Shown here piece after piece: positions 22,014-31,287 of a DNA stretch of 64,000 nt. Under the pieces are notes generated by a model, which ran no database searches, was not told the origin of the DNA, and saw only the letters and a program-made list of their open reading frames with translations. The stretch is from Actinomycetes bacterium (GTDB taxonomy: Bacteria; Actinomycetota; Thermoleophilia; RBG-16-64-13). The stretch is from the NCBI GenBank assembly GCA_024637095.1, contig JAGXFV010000032.1:4423-68422 (forward strand). The letters are read 5' to 3'. The position numbers and the translations under genes are program-made. The stretch's first letter is position 1, and each line of letters starts with the position of its first letter.

Positions 22014-22433
22014 CTAGATCCGGCCGCCCTTCTCGAGCGGGCGCGCAGGGACCCCACCCACGGTTGTCCCCGGCGGCACGTCGCGGTTGACCAGGCTGTG
22101 CGCCGCCACCACCGCCCCATCGCCGATGACCACGCCCGGGAGAACGGTGCAGTTCGCCCCGATCACGACGTCCCTGCCGATCACCACGGGCCCGGTCCTC
22201 AATTCGTCCAGCAGAAACTCGTGAGCCAGGATCACCGTGTGATAGCCGATGATGCTGTTGTCTCCGATGGAGATCAGTTCCGGAAAGAAGATATCCATGG
22301 TGGCGCTGAGCGCGGGTGACACTTGTCGCCCGACCCGCATCCCCATCCGCCGGTAGAGCGCGTTCTTCCAGCCGAGATAAGGTAGGTAGCGCGCGGTGTA
22401 GACGAAGAAGAAGTTGCGGATCACCTTGCGCAT
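22014..22433 (-). CDS. Hexapeptide-repeat (left-handed beta-helix) acyl/acetyltransferase
   Basis: Repeats IGDNSIIGYHTVI...IGRDVVIGANCTVLPGVVIGDGAVV. Start set at the ATG at 22431-22433 (the ORF extends to 22598). Confidence 0.6.
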   Translation of the reverse strand: MRKVIRNFFFVYTARYLPYLGWKNALYRRMGMRVGRQVSPALSATMDIFFPELISIGDNSIIGYHTVILAHEFLLDELRTGPVVIGRDVVIGANCTVLPGVVIGDGAVVAAHSLVNRDVPPGTTVGGVPARPLEKGGRI

Positions 22434-22634
22434 GGGTACCCGCCGCTCCCACCCCCAGAGAGAGTTGGCTCCGCCCACCGGAACGCGCGTCAAGCGTTCT
22501 CCGCGAGGGCGGGCGGGCGCGGTGGAAGGTTCGGAGTTACCGGGCTCCATCATCGGCCGGATACTAGCACGCGGAAACTCTGCGGCAGCGGCGGCCACCG
22601 GCCGCCGCCCGCCCTGGGCCCGCCTCCACCCAGG

Positions 22635-23702
22635 CTAGGCGAGAAGACGAGCTCTATAGCCCTCCAGGAGACCCCAGCAACCGGTGATCATCATGTCGCC
22701 GTGCATAGAGGCTTCGCGCTGCTCGAGGCTCAGCTTCCGGAAGCGTACCCGTCCTGGGCCGGTCACCGACAGGGCAACCTCCTCCAGGGCAAAAGGCGCG
22801 CCCACCGGTAGCGCGCCATGGCCGCCGTCACGGAAGACATCCTCGCCAAGGTGCTCGCCCGCGGCAAAGCGCCGCAGGTATGCCGCCATCCCCTCCGGAG
22901 ACAGCAGCCGGGTGTGATGCTCGAAGAGGCCGGAAAGCTCATCCCCTTCGACCAAGGAGGCCAAGGTGTGGCCGTTGCCGTAATTGACCGCCAAAACCCG
23001 CGGAGCCGCGGCCGCGAGGTGGGCCCCCCAGAGCGCAGGGGGACCGGTGTCCGCCACCACCAGGGGAAGGCGTCCATCCACGAGCCGAACCACGGCCTGC
23101 ATGCGGGTGAGCTCGGAAGGCACCTCTTCGGGCAGGTAGAAGAGATCGGCCAGGCGCCGCGACTGCTCGAGCAGCTTCGCCCACAAACGGAAGCGGAAGA
23201 CGCGGTCGCTGACTCCCGCGGGGGCCTGGCCGTGGTCCTGCACGGCCACGGCTAGCCCTTCTGGCCGAGGAGCCCCCAGCTTCTCGAGGCTTTCCAGGAG
23301 CTCGGGAAGGCGCAGGTCGCCCATGCGGACTTCGGCATGCCCCTGTTTGGCCAGCCGGGCGGCCTCGCTCTCGTCGACCAAGGTCACCCCTAGGCCGAGC
23401 ACCTCGTCGAGGTCGTCGTCCAGGGTCTGAGCTGCGGTGGGCTCCGCATAGACCGGGAGTCCGGCCTCGAGGTGGCGCCGCACCGCCTTCGCACTGGGTC
23501 CGCCGCCCATCAGCTCCCCGCGCAGCACCAGTCCAAGCCCGCGGCGGGTGGTCTCGGCGATCTCCCGGGCCAGTATGCGCGTCGTCGAGGGGAGCACCAG
23601 GTGGATCTGGTTTTCTCCCCGTTCATCCGGCTGCCACAGCAAGAGGTCGTTGGTGCCCATGCCCACGTCCAGACAGAGGACGGGAGCAGCGCCGCGGGCC
23701 AC
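22635..23702 (-). CDS. ASKHA-fold ATPase, DUF1786-like (annotated in databases as putative PFL-activating-enzyme-like)
   Basis: Phosphate-1 LCLDVGMGTNDLL, phosphate-2 VVADTGPPA and adenosine VNYGNGHTLASLV motifs. Family assigned from memory. Confidence 0.4.
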   Translation of the reverse strand: MARGAAPVLCLDVGMGTNDLLLWQPDERGENQIHLVLPSTTRILAREIAETTRRGLGLVLRGELMGGGPSAKAVRRHLEAGLPVYAEPTAAQTLDDDLDEVLGLGVTLVDESEAARLAKQGHAEVRMGDLRLPELLESLEKLGAPRPEGLAVAVQDHGQAPAGVSDRVFRFRLWAKLLEQSRRLADLFYLPEEVPSELTRMQAVVRLVDGRLPLVVADTGPPALWGAHLAAAAPRVLAVNYGNGHTLASLVEGDELSGLFEHHTRLLSPEGMAAYLRRFAAGEHLGEDVFRDGGHGALPVGAPFALEEVALSVTGPGRVRFRKLSLEQREASMHGDMMITGCWGLLEGYRARLLA

Positions 23703-23716
23703 CTGCCGCGCCCGGC

Positions 23717-24670
23717 TCAGGCGTCCCTCCCGGGGCCAGGCCGGTCGTCATCCGCGGCCGCGCCGGCGGCGGCCGAGGCGGCGGCCGCGCCATCGACGGC
23801 TGCGCTATCGGTGTCCCCGCCATCCGCGTCCGCGCGTTTGCCCGGGGCGGCTTGGATGAGCTCGGGAAGGGTAAAGGCCACCAACGATCCGCGGCGAACC
23901 CGGCCCACAATTCCCAGCCTCAGACGGCCGGCGTGCCGCACCGCCATGGCGGTGGGCACACTCTTCGAAACGATGAGCGGCACCGGCGTCTTCGCCGTCT
24001 TGGAGACCATTTCGGAGCTAATGCGACCGGTGACCACGAGGAAGGTCTCCCGCAGGCCGTGGCCCGCCAGAAGCGCCCTCCCCACCACCTTGTCGACGGC
24101 GTTGTGGCGCCCGATGTCCTCGGCAAAAGCGAGGGCTTCCCCGCCCACGGTGAACAGTGCCGCCGCGTGAGTTCCCCGGGTCCGCCGGTAGAGCGGCCCT
24201 CCACCGTAGACCTGAGCGGCCGCGCCAAAGATGGTCGTGACCGGAAATCGGGGAAGCTCTTCGACCGGCGGCCGTCCCGATTCGGCGAAAGCGTCCAAGC
24301 CCGAGAGGAAGGTCACGCCCTTGCCGCAGCCGGAGCCCAGAACCCGCCTCTCGAAAAGCCGAGCTCCTAGTTCGACGTCGTCGGCCTCTATGCGCACGCC
24401 CGCCTCGTCCTCCTCGAGCGACTTGAGCTGTTCCAATCGGTCGAGGATCCCCTCGCCGTAGAGGAAACCCACCGCCAGCTCGCGCCGCAGTCCCGGGCTG
24501 GCCAGCATCGTGATCAGTTCCCGGCCGTTGAGGTTGAGGGTAACGGGCTCCTCCTCGGGCAGCGGCTCCTGGGCCTCCCGCCATGCCCCGTCCTCGAAAA
24601 AGAACGCAGGCAGCAGGCTCAAGCCGGCCGAGGTCTCCTCGCTCTGCGGGGTCAGCGGCTCTTCTGGCAT
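23717..24670 (-). CDS. fdhD: Formate dehydrogenase accessory sulfurtransferase FdhD
   Basis: 317 aa with the catalytic-Cys loop GSGCGKG and a conserved RHNAVDKVVG block. Confidence 0.75.
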   Translation of the reverse strand: MPEEPLTPQSEETSAGLSLLPAFFFEDGAWREAQEPLPEEEPVTLNLNGRELITMLASPGLRRELAVGFLYGEGILDRLEQLKSLEEDEAGVRIEADDVELGARLFERRVLGSGCGKGVTFLSGLDAFAESGRPPVEELPRFPVTTIFGAAAQVYGGGPLYRRTRGTHAAALFTVGGEALAFAEDIGRHNAVDKVVGRALLAGHGLRETFLVVTGRISSEMVSKTAKTPVPLIVSKSVPTAMAVRHAGRLRLGIVGRVRRGSLVAFTLPELIQAAPGKRADADGGDTDSAAVDGAAAASAAAGAAADDDRPGPGRDA

Positions 24671-24747
24671 CTTTCTCCTTCAGCGCAGAACGAAAGGGAC
24701 CGGCCACGGGCGGCCGGTCCCCGATCAGACATGTATTGCTGGTGATC

Positions 24748-24885
24748 CTACTTGCCCGGAGGGCTTTGTGGGGTACCGCAGTGGGGTTTCTTATCGAACG
24801 GGGGCTCGGTCAGGTCGGCTCCGCAGTGCGGGCACTTCTCGGCTTTCAGATCGATTTCGCGGTGACAATTGAAACACTCGGCCAT
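24748..24885 (-). CDS. Small zinc-ribbon protein (45 aa), hypothetical
   Basis: Hand-translated as MAECFNCHREIDLKAEKCPHCGADLTEPPFDKKPHCGTPQSPPGK. Below the size cut-off of the ORF track. Confidence 0.3.
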   Translation of the reverse strand: MAECFNCHREIDLKAEKCPHCGADLTEPPFDKKPHCGTPQSPPGK

Positions 24886-24963
24886 GATCGTCTCCCGTGT
24901 TGTGGCTCCCTATCGTCTTGTCCCGAAACTATCACCCCGGCTAAACCGAGCATGCTCAACTCT

Positions 24964-25686
24964 CTAGAATTCGAACAGCTGGTACGGGGCCAAGAAGCGG
25001 GCGATTTCGGTGAAGCCCCCACTGATCATGAGCATGCCGTAGACAATCAGCAGACCCCCGGAGGCCAATTTGACCGCGGTGAAGTGGCGTTTGATCCAGG
25101 AGACTGCCGAGAGCGCCCGAGTGAGAAACAGTCCGGAGAGCAGAAAGGGAATCCCCAGGCCCAGAGAATAGACCAAGAGCAGGAGGGCGCCTCCGGCCGG
25201 ATTTTGACCGGAAGCGGCCAGGGTGAGGATAGAGCCGAGAATCGGGCCCACGCACGGCACCCAGCCGATGGCGAAGGCCACCCCCACGACCCCCGCGCCC
25301 AGAACTCCCTGGGGCGATTTGAAAGGCAGCAGGCGGCGCTCGCGCTGGAAAAGACGGCCCCCCGCGCCGGCCACGTACAACCCCATCAACACCATGAGCA
25401 CCCCCCCGACGATGGTTAGGAACCGCCGGTTGGTCAGAAGCAGGCTCCCGATGAAACCCGCCCCCGCGCCGCTCAAGGTGAAGACCAGCGAGAATCCCAG
25501 CACGAACGACAGAGTGCTAATGAAGACCCGGCGGGTGTCGGCCTGGAGTTCGTCGAGGCCCACTCCGGAAACGAAGGACAGGTAGCCGGGCAAGAGCGGC
25601 AGCACGCAGGGACTGAGGAAGCTGGCGGCGCCGGCCGCGAAGGCCAGGAGGAAAGCCGTTAGCGTGACTTCCTCGACGCCGCCCAA
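24964..25686 (-). CDS. ccdA: Cytochrome c biogenesis thiol-transfer membrane protein CcdA (DsbD beta-domain family)
   Basis: 240 aa, six TM helices, with the two conserved Cys (LSPCVLPLL and GWVPCVGPIL). Confidence 0.85.
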   Translation of the reverse strand: MGGVEEVTLTAFLLAFAAGAASFLSPCVLPLLPGYLSFVSGVGLDELQADTRRVFISTLSFVLGFSLVFTLSGAGAGFIGSLLLTNRRFLTIVGGVLMVLMGLYVAGAGGRLFQRERRLLPFKSPQGVLGAGVVGVAFAIGWVPCVGPILGSILTLAASGQNPAGGALLLLVYSLGLGIPFLLSGLFLTRALSAVSWIKRHFTAVKLASGGLLIVYGMLMISGGFTEIARFLAPYQLFEF

Positions 25687-25691
25687 GTGAG

Positions 25692-26252
25692 CTACCCGGC
25701 CTCCTGGGCCAGGGTGACCAGGTCTTCGGCCGTCGGCTTCACTCCAACCAGGGTGCGGCTGATCTCGCCCTGCGAGTCGATGACGACCAGCGTGGGCACG
25801 CCCTGAACCCGGTAGTCCATGGCCAGCTGCCCATCGAGATCGAGCATCACCGGGAACTGATAGCCGTTCGACTGCAGAAAGTCGGTGACGTCCTCCTCCG
25901 TATCCTGCACTGCGACCACCAGAAGATTCGCGACTTCCGAGCTTTCCCGATAGAACCTATCGAGTTCGGGAGATTCCTCCACGCAGGTTGGTCACCAGGA
26001 GGCCCAAAAGTTGAGGAGCAACGGCTTACCTCGGTAGGACTCCAGCGAGAAGTCCTCGCGCACGAGGTTGACACCGCCGGTCGCCGTGGCGTCGCTCCCA
26101 ACCGTGGCGTCGTCGCCGGCCGCGGAGGCAGGGCCCTCCGTGTTATTCGCGGTGGGCTCGGATTCATCGTCTCCACAACCGGCCGGCCCAAAAGAGAGAA
26201 CGGCCACCAAGAGCAACAAGAGGATCGGCAACAGGGTCCTCGATCGGGTCAT
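25692..26252 (-). CDS. TlpA/ResA/CcmG-like periplasmic thiol-disulfide oxidoreductase with an in-frame TGA (predicted selenocysteine) at 25992-25994, giving the active site W-A-S-W-U-P-T-C
   Basis: ORFs 25992..26252 and 25692..25982 are in the same frame, separated only by that TGA. Lipoprotein-like signal, then ...GKPLLLNFWASW[TGA]PTCVEESPELD... The TGA sits where the first Cys of WCxPC belongs. Confidence 0.6.
25946..25980 (-). promoter_or_regulatory. Candidate bacterial SECIS hairpins downstream of the TlpA-like UGA
   Basis: RNA: UGA, 11 nt, then GGAG-gaau-CUCC at +12, then CUCGAUA-gguuc-UAUCGGG (7 bp, G/U-containing loop) at +28. The fold was not computed. Confidence 0.3.
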
Positions 26253-26307
26253 ACACGCTCCTTCGCGACGCTCACGGACGCGCCCATTCTAGCAGATGTT
26301 GAATACC

Positions 26308-27030
26308 CTAACGGGTATGCAGAGACGCCATCGGATGCGCCTCGACTCGGAGCAGGTGCGCGTCCTCTTCCACGCGGCCGTCGCGGATGCGGATGATGCG
26401 ATCCACGTCCTGCGTGGATTCGGGATTGTGCGTCACCATCACCACGGCGCGTCCCTCATCCGCCAGTTCCCGCAGGAGGTCCAGGATCTGGCGGCCCGTG
26501 GCTGAGTCCAGGCTGCCGACGGGCTCATCCGCCATGATGATGGGCGGATCGTTCACGATGGCGCGCGCTATGGCAACCCGGCCCTGCTCGCCTCCCGAGA
26601 GCTCCGCCGGCACGCGACGCGCCTTGCGTTCGTCGATGCCCACGCGCTCCAGGGCTTCGAGGGCCCGCTCTTGCTTACGCTTCTCTTTGAGAATGGCGAG
26701 AGGCAGCATCACGTTCTCCAGAGCGGTCAGGTATGGGACCAGCTCCAGCCCCTGAAAAACGAAGCCCAGATACTCGCGGCGCAGGTCGGCCTGGCGCTCT
26801 TGAGACAAGCTATATACGTCGATGCCGTCGATCATCAGGCTGCCAACACTGGGCGTGCTCATGGCGCCCAGAATGGAGAGCAGCGTGGTCTTGCCCGAGC
26901 CCGAGGGGCCCATTACCGCCACGTACTCCCCCGCCTCGATGCACAGATCCACAGCGTGAAGAGCCGTGACCCCGCCGGGGCCCTGGCCCCCGTAGACCTT
27001 GCTGATGCCGTTTATCTCGAGAAGCGCCAC
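26308..27030 (-). CDS. ABC transporter ATP-binding protein (MacB/LolD/FtsE-like)
   Basis: Walker A GPSGSGKTT, signature LSGGEQ, Walker B IIMADEP. Start set at the GTG at 27028-27030 behind GGAGGAGG (the ORF over-extends upstream). Confidence 0.8.
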   Translation of the reverse strand: MALLEINGISKVYGGQGPGGVTALHAVDLCIEAGEYVAVMGPSGSGKTTLLSILGAMSTPSVGSLMIDGIDVYSLSQERQADLRREYLGFVFQGLELVPYLTALENVMLPLAILKEKRKQERALEALERVGIDERKARRVPAELSGGEQGRVAIARAIVNDPPIIMADEPVGSLDSATGRQILDLLRELADEGRAVVMVTHNPESTQDVDRIIRIRDGRVEEDAHLLRVEAHPMASLHTR

Positions 27031-27058
27031 GCGGATACCTCCTCCGCCGATTCCTTGA

Positions 27059-28213
27059 TCAGATTCGCTTGAGGGCCAGACTCGGCTCCAGGCCGGCGGC
27101 CCGCCAGGCCGGGTAAAGCGATGCCGTAAGCCCCAGAATGAAGGCCAGCAGCGTGCCGTACACCAATACCAACGGATCGAAGACGAACACCAGCGACAAC
27201 CCCCGGGCCAGCTGAGGCGTGGCCCAGGCGCCCGCCGCCCCCAAGGCGATGCCCACGCCTGCCGCGACCGCACTGAGAGCGGCGGCTTCGATCAGCACGA
27301 GCGAGGCCACGTGCCGCTGCTTGTAGCCCACCGCCCGGAAGATGCCGATCTCCTTTTGGCGCTCCTTGACGGCCATCAACATGGTGGTAGCCACCACGAA
27401 TCCGGCCACGATCACGATCAGCGCGGTAATCGCGAGACCGAAGTCCGCCAGCGCCTTATTCGATTGGTTGGTGAACTCGATCGAATGACGCAGCGCGGTG
27501 ACCTCTGCCTGTGGCAGCTCGCGCGTCATCTGCGCCAGCAGCGGTTCAACCGCATCGGAACGGGCGGCGGTCACCTCGATCAGGTGATAGCGGCCCTGGA
27601 TGCCGGTCAGCTCCTGGAGCACCGGCAGGTCGAGCAGGATGAGGTTGTCTTCCTGGTCCCCGGTTTCCCAGAGGACGCCGCTGACCACGAAGTCCTGCCC
27701 CGCCACCCGGATAGATTCACCCGTTTCCAGGCCGAGCTCGTTGCGCACGTTCAGCCCGAGGAGCACCTCATTGTCCTTTTGGGGGAGGCGGCCTTCGACC
27801 TTCCACCAGGCTTTGCGCTCCTCGGCTTGGGCGAGTTCCGTGCCCAGCCCCAAGAACCGGCGCCCCTCCACCTCGAGCGGAGCCAAGAGGATGGGAAGCA
27901 CCCCGACTACCTGGTCGGGCGGCAGGGCGCGTATCGCCTGGAGTTCGGTATCGCCAAGATAGGCGACCTGCCCGCTGGCCGCCCCCTCGATGGTCGCACC
28001 CCCATAGGAGAGCGTGACGTCGCTTGCCGGCGGGGTGACCAACAGGTTGGCGCCGTACGAGCTCAGCTGCTCGTCCATGGTGTGACGCAGGGAGAGAATC
28101 AACGTGAGCACCAGCACGAAGGCGGCCACGGCGGTGGTCAGGCCGATAGTGATCAGAAAAGCCTTGCCCTTACGGCGGCGCAGATTCCCGAACGCGATAT
28201 CGCGGAGATTCAA
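27059..28213 (-). CDS. FtsX-like ABC permease (MacB-type periplasmic domain)
   Basis: Starts LNLRDIAFGNLRRRKGKAFLT at a TTG behind GGGAGG. Has the four C-terminal TM helices of an FtsX permease. Confidence 0.7.
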   Translation of the reverse strand: MNLRDIAFGNLRRRKGKAFLITIGLTTAVAAFVLVLTLILSLRHTMDEQLSSYGANLLVTPPASDVTLSYGGATIEGAASGQVAYLGDTELQAIRALPPDQVVGVLPILLAPLEVEGRRFLGLGTELAQAEERKAWWKVEGRLPQKDNEVLLGLNVRNELGLETGESIRVAGQDFVVSGVLWETGDQEDNLILLDLPVLQELTGIQGRYHLIEVTAARSDAVEPLLAQMTRELPQAEVTALRHSIEFTNQSNKALADFGLAITALIVIVAGFVVATTMLMAVKERQKEIGIFRAVGYKQRHVASLVLIEAAALSAVAAGVGIALGAAGAWATPQLARGLSLVFVFDPLVLVYGTLLAFILGLTASLYPAWRAAGLEPSLALKRI

Positions 28214-28214
28214 G

Positions 28215-29372
28215 CTATACCTCCCGGAGCGCGAGGGTCGGGCTGAGCCGAGACGCGGCCCAGGCCGGGTAGAGCGTGGCGAGCAGGACCACGAAGAGCG
28301 CCGTCGCCAGCACCACCGCAAGCACCAGCGGCGGCGGCGCGAGTGGGTTTGCCACTCCGGCCAGTCTCTGGGCGAGCGGCCCCTGCACCGCGGAGGCGAC
28401 CCCGACTCCGAGCAGGGCAGCCGCACCGCCCAGCACCAGGTTCTCGGCAAGCACTATCTGGAGGATGTGGTAACGGCGGTAGCCCAACGAGCGGAACACC
28501 CCTATCTCCCGGCGGCGATCGCGGACCGCGCCAAGCGTGGTGCTGAGCACAATGAGAACGCCAACCGCTGCCATCAGCCCGGACAACACCAGGCTGAACA
28601 GGCGGAACTGGCCGATGAGCAGTTCGCGCGACTCCGCCATCTTGAGCACGGCGGACACCCTGGCGTAGGGCATCTCCGCCGCAATCTGGGCGTTGATCGT
28701 TTCGATCGGACAGGTGCTGCAGTAGGCGGAAACCTCGACGAAGCTGAGCTCGTCTCCGCGATTCCACAAACGTTGAGCGACGCCCAGATCCAGGAATAGC
28801 AGCCCGTCCTCATCCGTGCCGGTCTCCTCGAGAACCCCCGCCACGCGGAAGCTTTCCCCTTTGAGAGATACCTGATCCCCGGGAGTCAGTCCCAGGGACT
28901 CAGCGGCCTCAGCTCCAAGCAGAACGTCGGAGGTCGCCGAGGGTTCTTCCCCCCGGATCTTCCACCAGCGCTTCAGCGCGAGCTCCTCTTCCCACACGAC
29001 GCCTGCGGCCAGCACCCGAGCCCCGTCGATCTCGGCCACGTCCACCAGCTTGGGCGCCACCCGGTTGAGGTTCTCCGCCACCTCGATCCCCCGGATCTTG
29101 TCCAGGTCCGACATGTGAAGCGGCTCCACGTCGTAGGTGAGATCGCCCAGATCGACGCCCCCATAACTCAGCGGCAGCTCCTCGGAGCGGGGCATCACCA
29201 CTATGTTGGCGCCGTACTCATCCACCTGCCTCGCGAGGTCCTCTTCGGCACTCAGGTTCACCAGCGCGAGGGCGGCCGTAACCGCCACGGTGACCGCGAT
29301 CACGAGGACCAGGAGCAGCGCGCGCGAAGGGTGTCTCCGCACGTTGCGCAGGGCGATCTTGGACAGGCGCAT
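28215..29372 (-). CDS. FtsX-like ABC permease, second copy
   Basis: MRLSKIALRNVRRHPSRALL... Same architecture, adjacent to the first permease. Confidence 0.7.
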   Translation of the reverse strand: MRLSKIALRNVRRHPSRALLLVLVIAVTVAVTAALALVNLSAEEDLARQVDEYGANIVVMPRSEELPLSYGGVDLGDLTYDVEPLHMSDLDKIRGIEVAENLNRVAPKLVDVAEIDGARVLAAGVVWEEELALKRWWKIRGEEPSATSDVLLGAEAAESLGLTPGDQVSLKGESFRVAGVLEETGTDEDGLLFLDLGVAQRLWNRGDELSFVEVSAYCSTCPIETINAQIAAEMPYARVSAVLKMAESRELLIGQFRLFSLVLSGLMAAVGVLIVLSTTLGAVRDRRREIGVFRSLGYRRYHILQIVLAENLVLGGAAALLGVGVASAVQGPLAQRLAGVANPLAPPPLVLAVVLATALFVVLLATLYPAWAASRLSPTLALREV

Positions 29373-29425
29373 GCCGCTCCTTCTCGAAATCAGCCGGGGG
29401 TGGCGGATCGGTCTGGCAAGCCGCG

Positions 29426-30082
29426 CTAGAAGGCCCTCGGCTGCCAGGCTTCAAGGTCGGCAGCGGGCAGGAAGACCTGGTCGCCCCGAACTTCAGCGGT
29501 GACCTCTTCCGGCGGGTAGTCGAGGCAGCCACCCTGGACCCCCTCGAGCGTGCTGAGTTCCCATGTCGTGAAGCAGACGTTGCAGACCAGTTTGTCGCCT
29601 TCGATATGGAAGTCCAGCGAACGGCAGGGCTCGCAGAAGGACGATGCGGCGACCAGAGAGCCGTCCGGCGCGACATAGGCCAAGATGGGCAGGGAATTGC
29701 CGCCGACCAGTTGCTGGTACTCCTGCGGCATGGGCTGAGTGCGCTCGTAGTTAACGCGAATCAGGGAGTTCGCCTCCACCTCGGCGACGGGAAAGCTCAG
29801 GCCCTCAGCGGTCTGAGTAGCCTCGACGACGGTCATGGCAACCTGGGTTCCCTCATAGGAAACGGAGTCGGTCAGCGACGGGCCGCCAACGGCCTGCCCC
29901 GCCTGCCAGGCCTGGTAGCCGTAGGCCCCCCCAAAGATCAGAGCGAAGACGGCGAAGCCGAGGGCGAGCACCTTCTTCAGTGGAAAGCGACCGGCATCAT
30001 CGAAGCGCTCCCGCTTCTGCTGCAGTCCCGACGCTTTCGTTTTGGATTCACGAGCCACTAGGCAACGCTCCTGTTTGGACAA
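29426..30082 (-). CDS. Single-TM periplasmic Cys-rich protein, FetA/Cj1660-like (DUF2318-like). Start is uncertain (TTG).
   Basis: Precedes the two-FtsX-plus-ATPase module. Contains CEPCRSLDFHIEGDKLVCNVC. Family assigned from memory. Confidence 0.4.
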   Translation of the reverse strand: MSKQERCLVARESKTKASGLQQKRERFDDAGRFPLKKVLALGFAVFALIFGGAYGYQAWQAGQAVGGPSLTDSVSYEGTQVAMTVVEATQTAEGLSFPVAEVEANSLIRVNYERTQPMPQEYQQLVGGNSLPILAYVAPDGSLVAASSFCEPCRSLDFHIEGDKLVCNVCFTTWELSTLEGVQGGCLDYPPEEVTAEVRGDQVFLPAADLEAWQPRAF

Positions 30083-30256
30083 TCAATACTACGATGCCGG
30101 CGGGGGCCCACAACCACTGGATGGCGGTAGCCGCGCTGCTGAAGCAGCATTCTACTACGGCTGATAGTAGCTCAACAACAGGGATTGCTTTGAAGCCTGA
30201 AGGAAACTCGAACGGGGCGGGTCGGCGGGTGCGCCGAGGTCTGGCGAAAAAAGCTC

Positions 30257-31285
30257 TTAGTGCCCCGTGCAGTACTGGTCGTGCGGCTCGGCGGCGCTGA
30301 CCGCGTGACACGCGGGCGAGCCCATCGGGCCGGGCAAAGCCACTTCGGTCACCGAGAACGCCGAGGAGGAAAAAACCCCGAAAATGAATACGATGCCGAG
30401 GAGCGTCGCAACCAGCGTCTGCCGGGAGAAGGGAAAGACCCGGTCCTCCAGGAGGCCGCGGATGCGATCACCCACGTTGCCCTCGTCGGCGAAGCCGACC
30501 GCGGTGGCGGGCGTGCCGTCACGAACTGCTCGCCCCTGCGCCAGCACGCTGCGTGCGAATTTCTCCAGGCTGGAGGCCACCACCAACGGGTCGCCCGTCA
30601 GCACGTGAGCGAAGTCATCCGCCGCGAGTTCCTGAGCCCGCCGGAACCGGGCGTAGGCGAAACGGAATCCTGGGATCAGCGCGAAAGTCATGGCGAAGGT
30701 CTGGGCCGCCAGGGTTAGCAGATTGTCCCGCCCGCCGACGTGGGCCTCCTCGTGGGCGAGCACCGCCTCGAGTTCGTCCTCGTCGAGGGCGTCGTAGAGT
30801 CCCATGGACATCACGATGCAGGGGCGCAGGAAACCGATGGTGTAGGAGATGGGAACCGGGTCTTCGATCACCAACAGCCGGGCATTGGGCCGCTTCGGCA
30901 GCGGCAGCAGCACCGCCTCGGCGCATAAGTCCAACTCTCCCGCACAGCGCCGCGAGGCGCCCAGTTGGCCGAAGAGGGCGAAAGCGGCGAAGGCCAGTAG
31001 CCCGAGTACCACCCCGCCGATCAGGAAGGAAAAGGTGGCGTCCGCCCACATCGGCAGCACTCCCGCACATTTGTCGGCGTCCGCACACTCGAGACCGGTC
31101 ATCTCTAAGTAGCGGTGAGGCAGCGAGCGCAGGGTGAGCGCCACCAACATCACCAGGACTGCTGTCCCCGCAGCCAGCATGCTCGTGAAGTACGCCCACA
31201 CGAGAGCGCGCGGGGCCAGCCGCGACTCCAGGAAACGCGACACCAGCCAGGGAGAAACCAGCAGGAGCGCGAAAGTTAGTATCAA
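30257..31285 (-). CDS. blaR1: BlaR1/MecR1-type M56 zinc metallopeptidase signal transducer
   Basis: 342 aa, membrane-embedded, HEEAH zinc motif. Located immediately downstream of blaI. Confidence 0.7.
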   Translation of the reverse strand: MILTFALLLVSPWLVSRFLESRLAPRALVWAYFTSMLAAGTAVLVMLVALTLRSLPHRYLEMTGLECADADKCAGVLPMWADATFSFLIGGVVLGLLAFAAFALFGQLGASRRCAGELDLCAEAVLLPLPKRPNARLLVIEDPVPISYTIGFLRPCIVMSMGLYDALDEDELEAVLAHEEAHVGGRDNLLTLAAQTFAMTFALIPGFRFAYARFRRAQELAADDFAHVLTGDPLVVASSLEKFARSVLAQGRAVRDGTPATAVGFADEGNVGDRIRGLLEDRVFPFSRQTLVATLLGIVFIFGVFSSSAFSVTEVALPGPMGSPACHAVSAAEPHDQYCTGH

Positions 31286-31287
31286 GG

